The notes beneath the pieces were generated by a model. That model made no database searches and was not told the DNA's origin. It worked only from the letters and a program-made list of their open reading frames with translations. Of a stretch of 63,946 nucleotides of DNA, positions 51,842 to 63,946 are shown piece by piece (within the stretch, counting starts at the first letter, position 1; each line of letters begins with the position of its first letter). The translations under genes were made by a program, and so were the position numbers. This stretch comes from Octopus bimaculoides (Eukaryota), in contig NC_068986.1 of assembly GCF_001194135.2 (NCBI RefSeq), forward strand, positions 114,409,944-114,473,889, given 5' to 3'.

Positions 51842-52243
51842 ACCGCCAACATTATCGCCGCCATCACCACGATGCGGATCAGAACAAGGTCCTCTTGTCT
51901 ACATAAGGTAACAGCTGTCGCCTTTTTCTTTTATAAAAAAAAAAAAACTTTAATTATTTTGCTTAAACAATAAACAAAAATAGTTTTATTCCTTGTTTTT
52001 GTTATAATTTCCTTTACAATGCCCTTGTGGCAAATAAAGAACACATTACCATTATTGCAGTTAGATTTTCTTGTTCATTCGATTTTTCTGTAACCCCAGC
52101 CCAACTCTTTTTATGCAATTTTATTCTTTCAAATGTCTCCTTCATCCAACACTGATGTCAAATAAAAATTTTCATTATCATTATTATTATTATTATCATT
52201 ATTATTATTATAATGTTGTCGTTGAGGTCGTTGTTAGTAATTT

Positions 52244-52560
52244 TTACCCCCTTTTCTCGATTAAAATCCCCTCTGGTGATTTTCTTTTCGTCGTCAGTGT
52301 ACTTGTTCGCAGCGTCTCATGACCATTAAAAGAAATTAATATTATTAGAGATGGCATCGCTTCAATGTACAATGCCACTGGGTAGTCAGAGCAAATAACT
52401 ACCGACAGAAATAAGGATTTCTTCTCTCGTCCTTTCTCCGTATTAACTTTTGAGTCACTATTGTGAAAGGTGGAGATGTTCGAATAAAGCATGTCAACAT
52501 ACACGGGCGGTGCCATCGTAACAGTGTCGGACGCTTCGGAAGTCGAGGTACTTTTTGATT
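52244..52560 (-). CDS. Candidate exon or ORF in unique sequence (ESKSTSTSEASDTVTMAPPVYVDMLYSNISTF...)
   Basis: Acceptor atattctttttaaag and ~105 open codons; a competing plus-strand exon 52455-52547 also has good splice sites. Confidence 0.3.
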
Positions 52561-53029
52561 CTTTAAAAAGAATATGAACTAAATGCAAGAACAAAATTTA
52601 ACCTGATCAATGTGGTGAACTTGCAGCTTAGTACTTGCGAGTGGTGTGCGGGAACGCATAACAACCAGGACAGTTCGGTGAACTAGCAATTCGGCACCTG
52701 AAGAGGCAACTCTATGTCAGCCAACTGTGATTTATGTCACTGGACTAAGGGTCTGGTTAAGGTGCTTGTGTTTGGTTCAAATTGCATCACCAGGTGGAAA
52801 GAAGCTAAACATTGATTACCATAGTTGCCGGCTTCCTCAGAAATGGGGCCAGGGGAAGTTTTCCCTGAAAGGCCAATTGGAAATGACTAATGCTAACAAC
52901 TTAGACGTGTATTACCGCCTCACCGTCGTACACCATATTTCTGCATGTCATAACAGGTTACTTTATGCACGTAAAAGTATTTTAATATTCTCTCTCTCTC
53001 TTTTTCTCTCTCTCTTTTTCTCTTTCTCT

Positions 53030-53075
<46 letters not shown>

Positions 53076-53559
53076 TAGATAGATAGATAGATAAGTATGT
53101 GGATGTGTATCTATGTATATATATGCGTGCGCCTGCACACACACACACACGCACACACACAACACTCATACACACACACGTACAACAAAAACAAACAAAA
53201 TATACGCGTGTGTGTAATTATTTAAATTATTTAAACTATTGCAGTTTTAATGACGTTTGACAATTAAGCTGCACTATGGGAAACAAATGCTGTCATTGAC
53301 TTTCATGTGAGAAGAAAAACCTTAGATTTATGGATTAGAAATATTTCTAATAAAGACATTATAGTAATGAGTAAAGAATCCAGAAAGACATCAATAGACG
53401 TGAACCAACGTTTAGTTAATCCTTAAACTAATTATAAATTTAATGCGTTTTCGCACACCATTTTTTACTATAGCAGAGTAAAGGATAACGAAGGTGGATA
53501 TGCATACATATATGCGTGCGTAAGTTTGTACACTGATGTGTACAATACCAGAATGTGTA

Positions 53560-53880
53560 CTAATAGCCGACTGGTTAAAAAGTTCGCTATGCAGTCATGA
53601 GGTCATTAGTTCAAAGCTACAGCGTGAAGTCTAAAGCAAGCATTTCTTTTTATGCAAAACCTGGAGTTAGCCCAAGACCTTTGAGAAAACTTACATGGAC
53701 GGAGCTGTGGAAGTCCGTTGGATGGATTGTATCTGTAATTCAAAAAGTAACGGCTTACCACGCTGATTAATCTTTCTGAGAATTACGTGAAGTATATATA
53801 TGCCTGCAAAATGCTCGGCCATTTATATGATATTCGGTTGAGTGAACAAACAACTAATTCATCGTGGAAACCGACAGACG
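53560..53880 (+). mobile_element. Degenerate tRNA-derived SINE
   Basis: ctggttaaaaagttcgc..tagttcaaa head; 3' part resembles the family D tail. Confidence 0.5.
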
Positions 53881-53929
53881 ATCTCCTTGTGTCGAATATA
53901 TATGAGTAAATGAATACCGCGAGCAGCTT

Positions 53930-54378
53930 GGGCGGTTTAAGTCAGCACTAGAAGAAAATCAACCATCTTTGGTTTCATCACGAAAGGTGTTCTTCCATCA
54001 GGATAACGATCGGTCTCTTACAGCGAGGATGATATTCCAAAGGCGGGAGCAGTTTGAATGGGAAACGATGCCCCACCCACCATATTCGCTGGACATTGCC
54101 CCATTTGATTATCATTTATTCCGCAGTCTTCAAAATCATTTTGGACGACCAAAAAAAATATGAATTCTGTATAGGAGGTCAGAACGGTACTGGAGGAGTA
54201 TTTTTCGTCACGGACAAGTGAATTCTGGAAGAAGGGCCTTGCAAGTCTGCCAGAGAGATGTTAGAGCTTTGTAGAAAATGAAGGAGAGTATATTTTAGAT
54301 TAAAAAGGCATTTTGCTTATCTTAATTTTGAAAAATAAAAGAAGTATTAAAAAATTGCATTATTTATGGGATGACCTA

Positions 54379-54381
<3 letters not shown>
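53930..54381 (+). mobile_element. Mariner 3' fragment with right TIR
   Basis: FHQDN..WETMPHPPYSLDIAPFDYHLFRSLQ; TIR gcattatttatgggatgacctaa plus TA. Confidence 0.85.
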
Positions 54382-54427
<46 letters not shown>

Positions 54428-55116
54428 CCCACTTGGATACCGTGTTGATGTCCAAGATTCAACGAAAGATTTCTGTTCAAAGCGACAAACCAGCTCTTTA
54501 TCTATAAGTGATAAATTTGAAAAATAGAATTAGGTAAAATCTCTCTCTCTCTGCACGCGCACGCGTGGTTGCGCTGGAAGATGACTCCTCAGTCACTGGA
54601 GATGGTACTGATGGCGGTGGTTATGGTGACACTCTCTATCGTTGTGGTAGGAAAGACAGTAGTGATAGTGGTGTGTGTAATCGGGAAAAAGAGGTGGTTG
54701 CGGGGTTGGTAGTGGTGATAGTGGTGGTGGCACTGATGATAGAGGTGGTTATACATGTGGTGGCAGTGGTAATATTTATGGTTGCAGAAGTGGTACTGCA
54801 AGTGGTTACGGTGACGGCAGTCGCAGTGGTAGTGGCGGTGGTAATGGTGGTATTATCTGTAGTGGTAGTGATAATGAAATATAATGCTGACATTTGCAAA
54901 TAACTTCAACGTTTATATTGTTGTCTGTTTATAGAGATGGGTTTAATATCAACGTAATTATGACGTGATGAATGATGTCAACTAGTATACATACATACAC
55001 ACATAGATGCATATATTCATATATTCATTCTCAGACATAGAGATTGAATCGCACACACACAAATTTATATAGATAGGTGTGGGTGTATGTGCATTATTTA
55101 TGCTATTAGCATATAC

Positions 55117-55323
55117 ACTCTTTCACTTGTTTCAGTCATTTGACTGCGGCCATGCTGGTGCACCGCCTTTAGTCGAGCAAATCGACCCCGGGCTTATTCT
55201 TTGTAAGCCTACTACCTATTCTATCGGACTCTTAGTCCGAACCGCTAAGTTACGGGGACGTAAACACACCAGCATCGTTTGTCAAGCGATGTTGCGAGGA
55301 CAAACACATACACACAAACATAT

Positions 55324-55325
<2 letters not shown>
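55117..55325 (-). mobile_element. SINE family B 3' half; an opposite-orientation family B piece lies at 55951-56000
   Basis: tttagtcgagcaaatcgacccc..ttgtaagcct shared with 41689-41737. Confidence 0.8.
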
Positions 55326-55366
<41 letters not shown>

Positions 55367-56007
55367 NNNNNNNNNNNNNNNNNNNNNNNNNNNNNNNNNN
55401 NNNNNNNNNNNNNNNNNNNNNNNNNNNNNNNNNNNNNNNNNNNNNNNNNNNNNNNNNNNNNNNNNNNNNNNNNNNNNNNNNNNNNNNNNNNNNNNNNNNN
55501 NNNNNNNNNNNNNNNNNNNNNNNNNNNNNNNNNNNNNNNNNNNNNNNNNNNNNNNNNNNNNNNNNNNNNNNNNNNNNNNNNNNNNNNNNNNNNNNNNNNN
55601 NNNNNNNNNNNNNNNNNNNNNNNNNNNNNNNNNNNNNNNNNNNNNNNNNNNNNNNNNNNNNNNNNNNNNNNNNNNNNNNNNNNNNNNNNNNNNNNNNNNN
55701 NNNNNNNNNNNNNNNNNNNNNNNNNNNNNNNNNNNNNNNNNNNNNNNNNNNNNNNNNNNNNNNNNNNNNNNNNNNNNNNNNNNNNNNNNNNNNNNNNNNN
55801 NNNNNNNNNNNNNNNNNNNNNNNNNNNNNNNNNNNNNNNNNNNNNNNNNNNNNNNNNNNNNNNNNNNNNNNNNNNNNNNNNNNNNNNNNNNNNNNNNNNN
55901 NNNNNNNNNNNNNNNNNNNNNNNNNNNNNNNNNNNNNNNNNNNNNNNNNAGCCTCGGGTCGAGGATTTCGTAAACGGAAACTGAAAGAAACCTAACGTAT
56001 ATATATA

Positions 56008-56733
56008 TACAAAAATAAGAGGAATGACCAGCAAAAGTGAACTCCTATATGCTAGAAATAGATGCCGAATCATCTAACCACGAAAAAAAATATATGTTCT
56101 CAGTAAAAATTCAGTGACACAACAGACTGTAAAAGGGCAAGACAAATGAAAAAATACTAAAGAAAAAAACTGGTCATTCCTCTTATTTTTGTGTGTAATA
56201 TAATTTTAATCTTCGGATTTTTTTAATATGCTAGACCACTGGTTTTAATTGATTAATATCAACTTCTACCCTCATAAATAAATTTTATACAATAATGTTC
56301 TCTAACCGGTAAATTAGCGGCAAATATTTATTAACTGCAGAATTATTTCCGGAATTAGCGCGCCAGATTGAAAGGATACACTGAATGTAAATTGTAGAAC
56401 TCTACACGTGCTCCCTTTCGGATGGACGTCTTGTGTCAAGTTCTAGAAATTATATCGCAAATCGACAGACTGCGCTGACGATCCTGCAGATATTTACTTA
56501 TTTTCATTTGTCTTGCCTTTTTACAGTCTGTTGTGTCGCTGAATTTTTACTGAGAACATATATTTTTTTTTCGTGGTTAGATGATTCGGCATCTATTTCT
56601 AACATATAGGAGTCCACTTTTGCTGGTCATTCCTCTTATTTTTGTATGTAATATAATTTTAATCTTCGGATTGTTTTAATATGCTAGACCACTGGTTCTA
56701 ATTGATTAATATCAACTTCTACCCTCATAAATA
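56008..56733. repeat. Inverted repeat 56008-56152 / 56501-56646 plus direct repeat 56170-56280 / 56623-56733
   Basis: Few mismatches in either pair. Confidence 0.9.
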
Positions 56734-56933
56734 GTTGCCATGATTGATCGCTGNNNNNNNNNNNNNNNNNNNNNNNNNNNNNNNNNNNNNNNNNNNNNNN
56801 NNNNNNNNNNNNNNNNNNNNNNNNNNNNNNNNNNNNNNNNNNNNNNNNNNNNNNNNNNNNNNNNNNNNNNNNNNNNNNNNNNNNNNNNNNNNNNNNNNNN
56901 NNNNNNNNNNNNNNNNNNNTATATACATATATA

Positions 56934-57165
56934 TATTCGGTCATCCCATAAATAATGCGATGTTTTCAATTGCATGAACTAAAAGTCGCAGGGAGACGGG
57001 ATAAACTACCTTCTTCAAATTGCTATAAAAGCAGGTAGTAATTTTACCTTGTTCTTATTCTTAGTGCAAGTTTTCAAGAGTGTAATTCGATTTTAACACT
57101 TATTTTTTTCAAAGCTATAATGGAAGTAACAAAGCATATCTGGCATATTTTACTTTAGGTAACTG
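56934..57165 (+). mobile_element. Mariner 5' fragment with left TIR, same family as 53930-54381
   Basis: tattcggtcatcccataaataatgc is the inverse of the 54381 TIR (1 mismatch); ATG at about 57119 reads MEVTKHIWHILL*. Confidence 0.75.
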
Positions 57166-57961
57166 ATCAAACTGTAACTACATTAGCAGGCGCATGTCCA
57201 ACCTCTAGCGCCAAAAGACAGAACACGGAACCAAATGCTTGCGATACCAACTTATTGACCACAAAGGCATATTTGTCCTGTGTTTAATCATCAAATCGCT
57301 CGAGCAGGACTGACCTGGAGTTAAACAATAACAACTACGAAGTCTGTAAGGAAGGTTCTACACTGTCATCCGCTTCCCATTATTTAAATATCAAAGGAAT
57401 CTTCCTCAAATGACAGCCTACAGTCAATTTTAAAAGGACGCCTAAGTTAATTTACTCTTATATAGACTGTGTCTGAAGAAGGATGCTATGTTTGTAGTTG
57501 CATGGTACGATAAGAGCCGACTACGGCTGAAAACCAAAAACAAAAATAGAAAACAGAAAGCAGAAATGACAACAATAACAACAAAAGATTCTGTTTCAAC
57601 AAAGCCATATTATACCACACTACATTTCATAAACTACATATATAAACAAATAAAAACTGAGGTTGGCTAAATGATAATACGGGACTGGAGTGCTGCTGAA
57701 ATAGAATAGGGTGCCACCCCCGTGAATTGGGCATGGGATTTAACAGTATTCTAGGAAGGAGAGGCGATTTGATTGGGAGGGGGTTTATGACACCCACCCC
57801 CCACCACCACCACCCCAGCACTCACCCTTCAAAATGCCTGATGAATATATTTATTTCACTCATTTCTATCACTGTCAAGTAAAATAGGGGCTGGGGGTGT
57901 GGATCATGTAACCTACATATATACAGATATACATACGTATATATAAAGATAACAAACATGC

Positions 57962-57992
<31 letters not shown>

Positions 57993-59198
57993 CTCTCTCT
58001 TTCCTTTCCTGAGCGTCCAATAATACTATCCATATCACGTCCTCACTTTGTTGTTTTTTTGTTTTTTTGTTATTGTTTTTTTGAACTATATATATATATA
58101 TATACACAAATGTGCACACGCACACACACACATATACATATATACTCACAGACACAGTGCTCTGACAAAATTTTGCATCAAGTAGCTGTCCATAGTTTCA
58201 GTCACACTGCTTCGTACACACACACACACACACACACACATACACACACANNNNNNNNNNACACACACACACATACACACACACACACACATACATACAT
58301 ACATACATACACACATACGTTACATACATACACACACACATGCATAGAAACGAGGTGTGTACATGTGTTTGCACTGGTTGCAGGGGTGGTGGTGGTGGTG
58401 GTTGTGTTTGTGTTGTTATTTTGATCCAGGACAGTCCTGTTTAAACAGGTCTATAGTCAAAGGTGAGTCCATTCAGGATAATCCTGTCTTTTTCCAATGT
58501 TCAGTAAACTCAGAACCATATAATCTAAGTCATTTTTTAAGATGGTGAAATGTGACTTCAGGAATATTTGGTTGCTATTTCTAACAGGTCGTACGCCCAT
58601 GTAGATACTCCCTCTTTGATGACACTGATGGTGGTGGTAGTGGTGCTGGCGGTGCAGTAGCTGTATGTATGTGCGTAGAGTATAGATGTGTGTAATTGTA
58701 TGCGATTAGGCGTGTGTTTGTGTGCGTGCGTGCGTGCGTGTGTGTGTGTGTGTGTGCTTGTGTGCGTACGCATGTGTGTGTGTGTGTGTAGCCAAGGGAA
58801 GCGTCGATGTCTTGCAGCTATTATGTCGTTTTCAGATCTGTCACTCGCTTTCTTTTACCACCACCACCACCACCACCACCACCACCACCACCACCATCGC
58901 CGTGGCTGCCGCTTCTCAGACACGACTAATCCCATCACCCCCATTCTTTCTGTTTTCCAATCTAATTCCACTCCCACTACCAGTAACAAAACACACCACT
59001 ACCAACAACAACAATACCGCCAATAGCAAAGCCACCACCGCTGTCAACAACAACAAGAACTATAGCACTACCACTACCACCACCACCACCATCGACATCA
59101 TGAACTCCACTGCCACTAATAGCATCACCATCACCACCATCAGCATGATACGACCACGAACCATCACCACTACAGCCACCACCTTTGCCCCAATGACT

Positions 59199-59230
<32 letters not shown>

Positions 59231-59485
59231 CCCACAGCCGCCTCCCCTGCCACTACCGTAGCCACCACCACCTCCTTCACTACTTCCACTATCTCTAACA
59301 ACTATGGCCACCAATATCCAAGAAGAAGGAGTAAGTACATATGTACTACTGCTACTACTGTTGTGTAAGAAAGGCCCCTAAAGTTGACACCACAGATCCC
59401 TGATAAATTATCTCAGTGTGTGTGGACGTCTGTGAATAGGGAGAGGGAGACTAGTATAAAGTGGGTCTCTCTGAGACTGTGTGAT

Positions 59486-60901
59486 TATGACGATGGCGAG
59501 GGGGAATGCTTATAATGGTGACGGCGGTGGTGGAGAATGATGGCGGCTGTGTTGATTAGCGGTGGTGTTCGTAGAGGGGCTTCTTGTTGTTGCTGTTGTT
59601 GTTGCTGTTGTTGCGGTGGTGATGGCGGTGATAATGTCGGTGGTGGTCCAGTTGGTGGTCTCAATGAAGGGGTCAGTGTTGTGGTGGTAATAGTGGTTGT
59701 TGTTGTTGTTGTTGTGGTAGTGGTAGCTGTGGTGGTGGTAGTGGAAGAGATATTATTAATGGAGGTGTCTGTACTGTCTTTGATAATGATAGTAGTGTTG
59801 TTGTTGTTGTTGCTTTTGGTGGTGGTGGTGGTGGTGGTGGAAGATGGAGGTATCTGTTGTGGTTATAGTAGTGATGGTGGTGGTGACACTCCAATGAAAG
59901 GGAGGTGGTGTGACACACCCCCTTTATCTACTTTCAGTTGTAATGTGATGAAACCAAATACCTTATGTGTTACAAACAGTACAAACACTGTTGTTGCTGT
60001 TGTTGTTGCTGTTGCTGTTGTTGTTGTTGTTGTGGGTGCTGCTGTTGTTGTTGTTGCTGTTGTGGGTGCTGCTGTCATCGTCGTTATTGTTATTGTTGTT
60101 GCCGTCTTCTTCGTTACTGTCCTTATTTTCTTGACATGACAATGTCGCTACCCGGCAGTCACAGGCAAGGGAGGGAGAGTCAGAGTGGATGAATCAACTC
60201 ATTCACACACTTTCCACCCTTTCACTTGCCGTACTTCCCTCTTGATATTCTTCACGTTACGTAGTGAAGGTGCGAATCCCAACACCCTGTTTTCGGTGCG
60301 GCATCACACTGCTCGCTGTCCATATCTCGTTTTGTTCTTGCATCTACTTGCCTTTTGAATGTTTATGAAACTTTCAGTGATTGGTAGCGCCATTGTTTTA
60401 CTACTGTGCACATTGTCCATTGCGGGATCTTTCTGATTTGGTGGACACCATTTTTTATTTAGTGTTTATTTAGTGTGATTTCTACCGAAACACTTTAAAA
60501 TTTTGCATACTTGAATATTTTGTCTTATAGAACAGAGAAAATTTGTTATATTCGAAGTTATTTCATGTTAAAAGTTGTCGTATTTCGGTCATTTCAACCA
60601 ATCACTGACGTCTATTGAAGTGAAAACAATTACTGCTGTGGATTGTAAACAACACGTTGTGACGGTGTAATGGGATCTTTTCCCTTGAATAAAATTAGTG
60701 CCTCTGTTTGTCAACAACAACTATCGGCGGTACTGTTATTTATGACATCGGTGAGGGGAATGCTTATAATGGTGACGGCGGTGGTGGGGAATGATGGCGG
60801 TTGTGTTGATTAGCGGTGGTGTTCGTACAGGGGCTTCTTGTTGTTGCTGTTGTTGTTGGTAGTAGCTGCGGTGATAATGTCGGTGGTGGTCCAGTTGGTG
60901 G
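59486..60901. repeat. ~165-bp direct repeats at 59486-59658 and 60740-60901 within GGT/GTT-rich tracts
   Basis: ggggaatgcttataatggtgacggcggtggtgg..cggtgataatgtcggtggtggtccagttggtgg present in both. Confidence 0.85.
60441..60700. mobile_element. Single arm of the long-TIR MITE family seen at 63415-63946
   Basis: ttatttcatgttaaaagttgtcgtatttc..aaccaatcactgacgtctatt is shared. Confidence 0.75.
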
Positions 60902-60959
60902 AGCTTTTTTCTCTTTTTTTCCTTCCATTCTCTCTTCCTGTTTTTGACTTGATGTATCT

Positions 60960-61400
60960 CCTCTTTCAAATCATACACATCTCTCCTCCCTCCATCTATC
61001 CAATAATATTACCAACAAATGCCCAAATTTTAATTCACACCAAAAAACCTCCTCAATCGAGCAACACTATTTACAAGGCTCAATACTTGGAATGATCAAA
61101 TATAACTACCATTGGAACTCACACACCAAGTACAAGAAACTTCTTCACTACTTATATACACTATTCTGCTTGAATAATGGAACTGCAAATACAATATCCT
61201 TATGTATCTCACTTCTACTTTCATTCTCTTACTTCCTTCTGTATTTCATATGTTCTCTACAATAATTAATACTCAAACATTTTCTCGTACCGTCTCTGAT
61301 GAAGGGATGTATAAAATATCCCGGAAACAGCTGTAAGACTTTTTCATTATAAATGTTCTGAAAACTATTTACAGCCTTGGATTTTTTTTTTATCTCATTC
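60960..61400 (+). mobile_element. Penelope-like 3' end / pseudo-LTR
   Basis: Weak GIY-YIG-end similarity, pyrimidine-rich UTR, then a hammerhead motif. Confidence 0.5.
61292..61339 (+). ncRNA. Minimal type-I hammerhead ribozyme motif
   Basis: Stem I GTCT/AGAC, core CTGATGA, stem II GGGATGT/ATATCCC, GAAA, stem III AC-AGCT-GT, cleavage triplet GTA (after 61335). Confidence 0.65.
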
Positions 61401-61484
61401 TGTCAATTTATATATNNNNNNNNNNNNNNNNNNNNNNNNNNNNNNNNNNNNNNNNNNNNNNNNNNNNNNNNNNNNNNNNNNNNN

Positions 61485-61567
<83 letters not shown>

Positions 61568-61639
61568 CGGACAGACAGACAGACTAAATAGATATCAATT
61601 GCGCATCTTGATTCAGGTAATATACGATATATAGTACTT

Positions 61640-61960
61640 TATGTCTTGCTTGTGTATTTTATTAGATGTGGTGTTTTATGTATTTACTGCATTGAATTCT
61701 TTTTCTGTATGCTTCTTTGGCTTGGTCTGCTTAGTAGGTTTGATTCCAGTTGTTGATCATTCTGTAGATTTCTTTTGTTTAATGCTTCATTTGTATGAGG
61801 GTAATCGAAATGTTTTTTTATAAGCAGAGACTTCGCCATTGACATTTCAGATCTGTGGTCATTCATTATCCCTAATGCAAAGAGCAGGCATTTATCGGTG
61901 TCTTTGGTATTGACGAACATGCTATATTTCTTATTTCTATTACAGTATTTATAACTATAA
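61640..61960 (-). mobile_element. Possible Penelope RT thumb remnant
   Basis: TDKCLLFALG..HRSEMSMAKSLL resembles the thumb segments at 41150 and 50150. Confidence 0.4.
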
Positions 61961-62399
61961 ACTCAGTTTCTGTAGCACTAGAATTCTTTTTTTATTTATA
62001 ATGAACATTAGACGGTAGGACAGAGATGTTTTGTAAGGATTTCCTTAATATCATAACGTATTCCACTGTATCCATAATGACTTATATCCCCAATATATAC
62101 GGTTTATATTGTATGTTTATGCTTTGAGAGAAACCAATTTTCTTTCCTGTAGTAGCTATGTAGTACGGTGAAAACGTAGGCAGCAATGGAAAACTCATAG
62201 CTCATCCACCTGCTTGTACAACTTGTTATGGCTTATAAACAAACCACACATTAAGTATTTGCGAACCAAATATGCTATTGAATACATGAACATATGATTA
62301 ACAAAATGCACACTAGCTATTGAGAAGAAGAACATATGATTAAAAAAGTACTCATAAGACAGAACAGAAAATGTCTTACAGACAATTATATATTAGCAT

Positions 62400-62700
62400 T
62401 AATTATATATTACAAAAACATTATAATTAAAAACTTCATTATCAGAAACAAATAACAGGCTTGCAAACCTGGGAATGCTGCAAATGTGATTTACAAATTT
62501 AATTGCAATTGTGAAAATTGTATACTTCCCTCTAACATTTTCCCAGTAAGTGGAACAATCTTTTCCCGTTTCACCATGCACTTACAAGAAGCAATTGCAA
62601 CGAGCTATATCACACAGCATAAAACTTGACTGGAAAACAACAGTCAACATTACAACCACCTTTTACAAAATTGAGTACAAAATTGAGTACTTATGAAAGC
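62400..62700 (+). mobile_element. Penelope GIY-YIG remnant
   Basis: NVIYKFNCNCENC..SRFTMHLQEAI matches the NVIYKF.C...LSRRLTMH pattern. Confidence 0.6.
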
Positions 62701-63414
62701 AGAGGCCAAAGATCAGAGCCCAAGACAGTTTCTTAAACCTCTGTGAATTATAAGGAGGAAGAAAGTTATCCCCAGATCGAGACCTGGTTCGAATGCTTGC
62801 AATAGGATTAAGTCTTACTACCGAGGAACAGGAGATTGCAAAACGATCAAACAGGGAGTCACAGCTCTAACATTATTTCTATGTGAATAAAATGAACGAG
62901 GGGACTGGATATTAAATTTGAAAAGTAAAGAAAATATAGAATTGTTCACGTGTTGTTTCTAGTTCTTTCAGTAAACGTTCACCTCCTCAGCTGCAGTTCA
63001 AGTTACTTATTTAACGGCACAATATATAAACAGTTGTTGAAATCACGAGAGGCTGGTATATAAATCGACATATGACAGTCAAAGGAAAAGGAGCGGTCAC
63101 TCTATATACCTCCGAGATATGATAAACTGTCTTAGAGAAGTAGTGAAAAATACGTCCAGAGTGCTCTGTTGGGTGATATGATAAACTGGGATGTCTAAAT
63201 ACATTCCATGATCTATAGGATAGATAGACTTCTATGAACCCAGACAGTGCAATTCTATTTGAACTAAATGAGTTCAACTATTTAGTTCAACTATTTTATC
63301 AGTGAGAGTGCGCAACGACTCAACAGGTAGCGAGAGAGAAAGGGGGTACAGGGACAAACAGACAGACACAATAAAACCTCTATAAAATTTGACAAAATGG
63401 ATCTTGTTCAAAAC

Positions 63415-63946
63415 GGGGGCACCAGTTTTCATTTATGTTCTATGTAGTGTTTTTGGTACCGAAAGACTTTCAAACTTCGTATACTTATCTATTTTGTGTT
63501 ATAGAACAGAAAAAAATTTTTGTATTCGAATTTATTTCATGTAAAAATTGTCTTATTTCGATAATTTCTACTAATCACTGACGTCTATTCAGTTGAAAAC
63601 AGTTAGCGCTGTAACGGTGTATATCGTATTAATCCCCGTTAGTTCTGACATTTCAACTCTAACCCTAACCCTAACCCTAACCCTAACACTAACCCTAACT
63701 CTAGAATCCGAACTCTAAAATTGTTACACACATAGATACGCACAGCGTAATTTATTATATAAACAATATATGCGTATAAATTACGATTAAACCGGATGAA
63801 ATATGTCACAGGGAATAACATTTTTATGACCGGCGAGCAGTAACTCTATTCAGGTGAATAGACGTCAGTGATTGGTTGAAATTACAGAAATACGACAACT
63901 TTAACATGAAATAACTTGCGATGTACGTTTTATTGTTAAGAAGACT
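63415..63946. mobile_element. Long-TIR MITE with an internal (CCCTAA)n tract; the right arm runs off the window
   Basis: Arms ~63531-63610 and ~63832-63915 with a perfect 19-bp core at 63573-63591 / 63855-63873; telomeric hexamers at 63659-63699. Confidence 0.8.

Noticed and set aside
63659-63699. Chromosome end
   Set aside because: Only about six hexamers, internal to a MITE

Overview
Eukaryotic, AT-rich, microsatellite-dense scaffold with 16 N-gaps. The SINE families and repeat landscape match what I recall of octopus (coleoid cephalopod) genomes; this is an inference. There is no CRISPR array, rRNA or bona fide tRNA, and most ORF-track entries are microsatellite or N-run artefacts. Read by hand, the window holds two spliced genes that the ORF track misses. 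A minus-strand gene has four well-supported, phase-compatible exons at 6233-5113 and weaker upstream candidates at 7.5, 12.2 and 14.6 kb. A plus-strand gene has candidate exons from 17741 to 29030. An 84-nt palindrome lies between the two 5' regions. I cannot name either protein. The rest is a transposon graveyard: R4/Dong-like, RTE, CR1-like and Tx1/L1 LINE fragments, Penelope fragments (one with a minimal hammerhead-ribozyme motif), a full-length decayed mariner, two hAT MITEs with perfect 8-bp TSDs, a long-TIR MITE with a telomeric-repeat core, and at least three tRNA-derived SINE families. Two local inverted duplications sit next to gaps and may be real or assembly artefacts. Boundaries of decayed elements are approximate.
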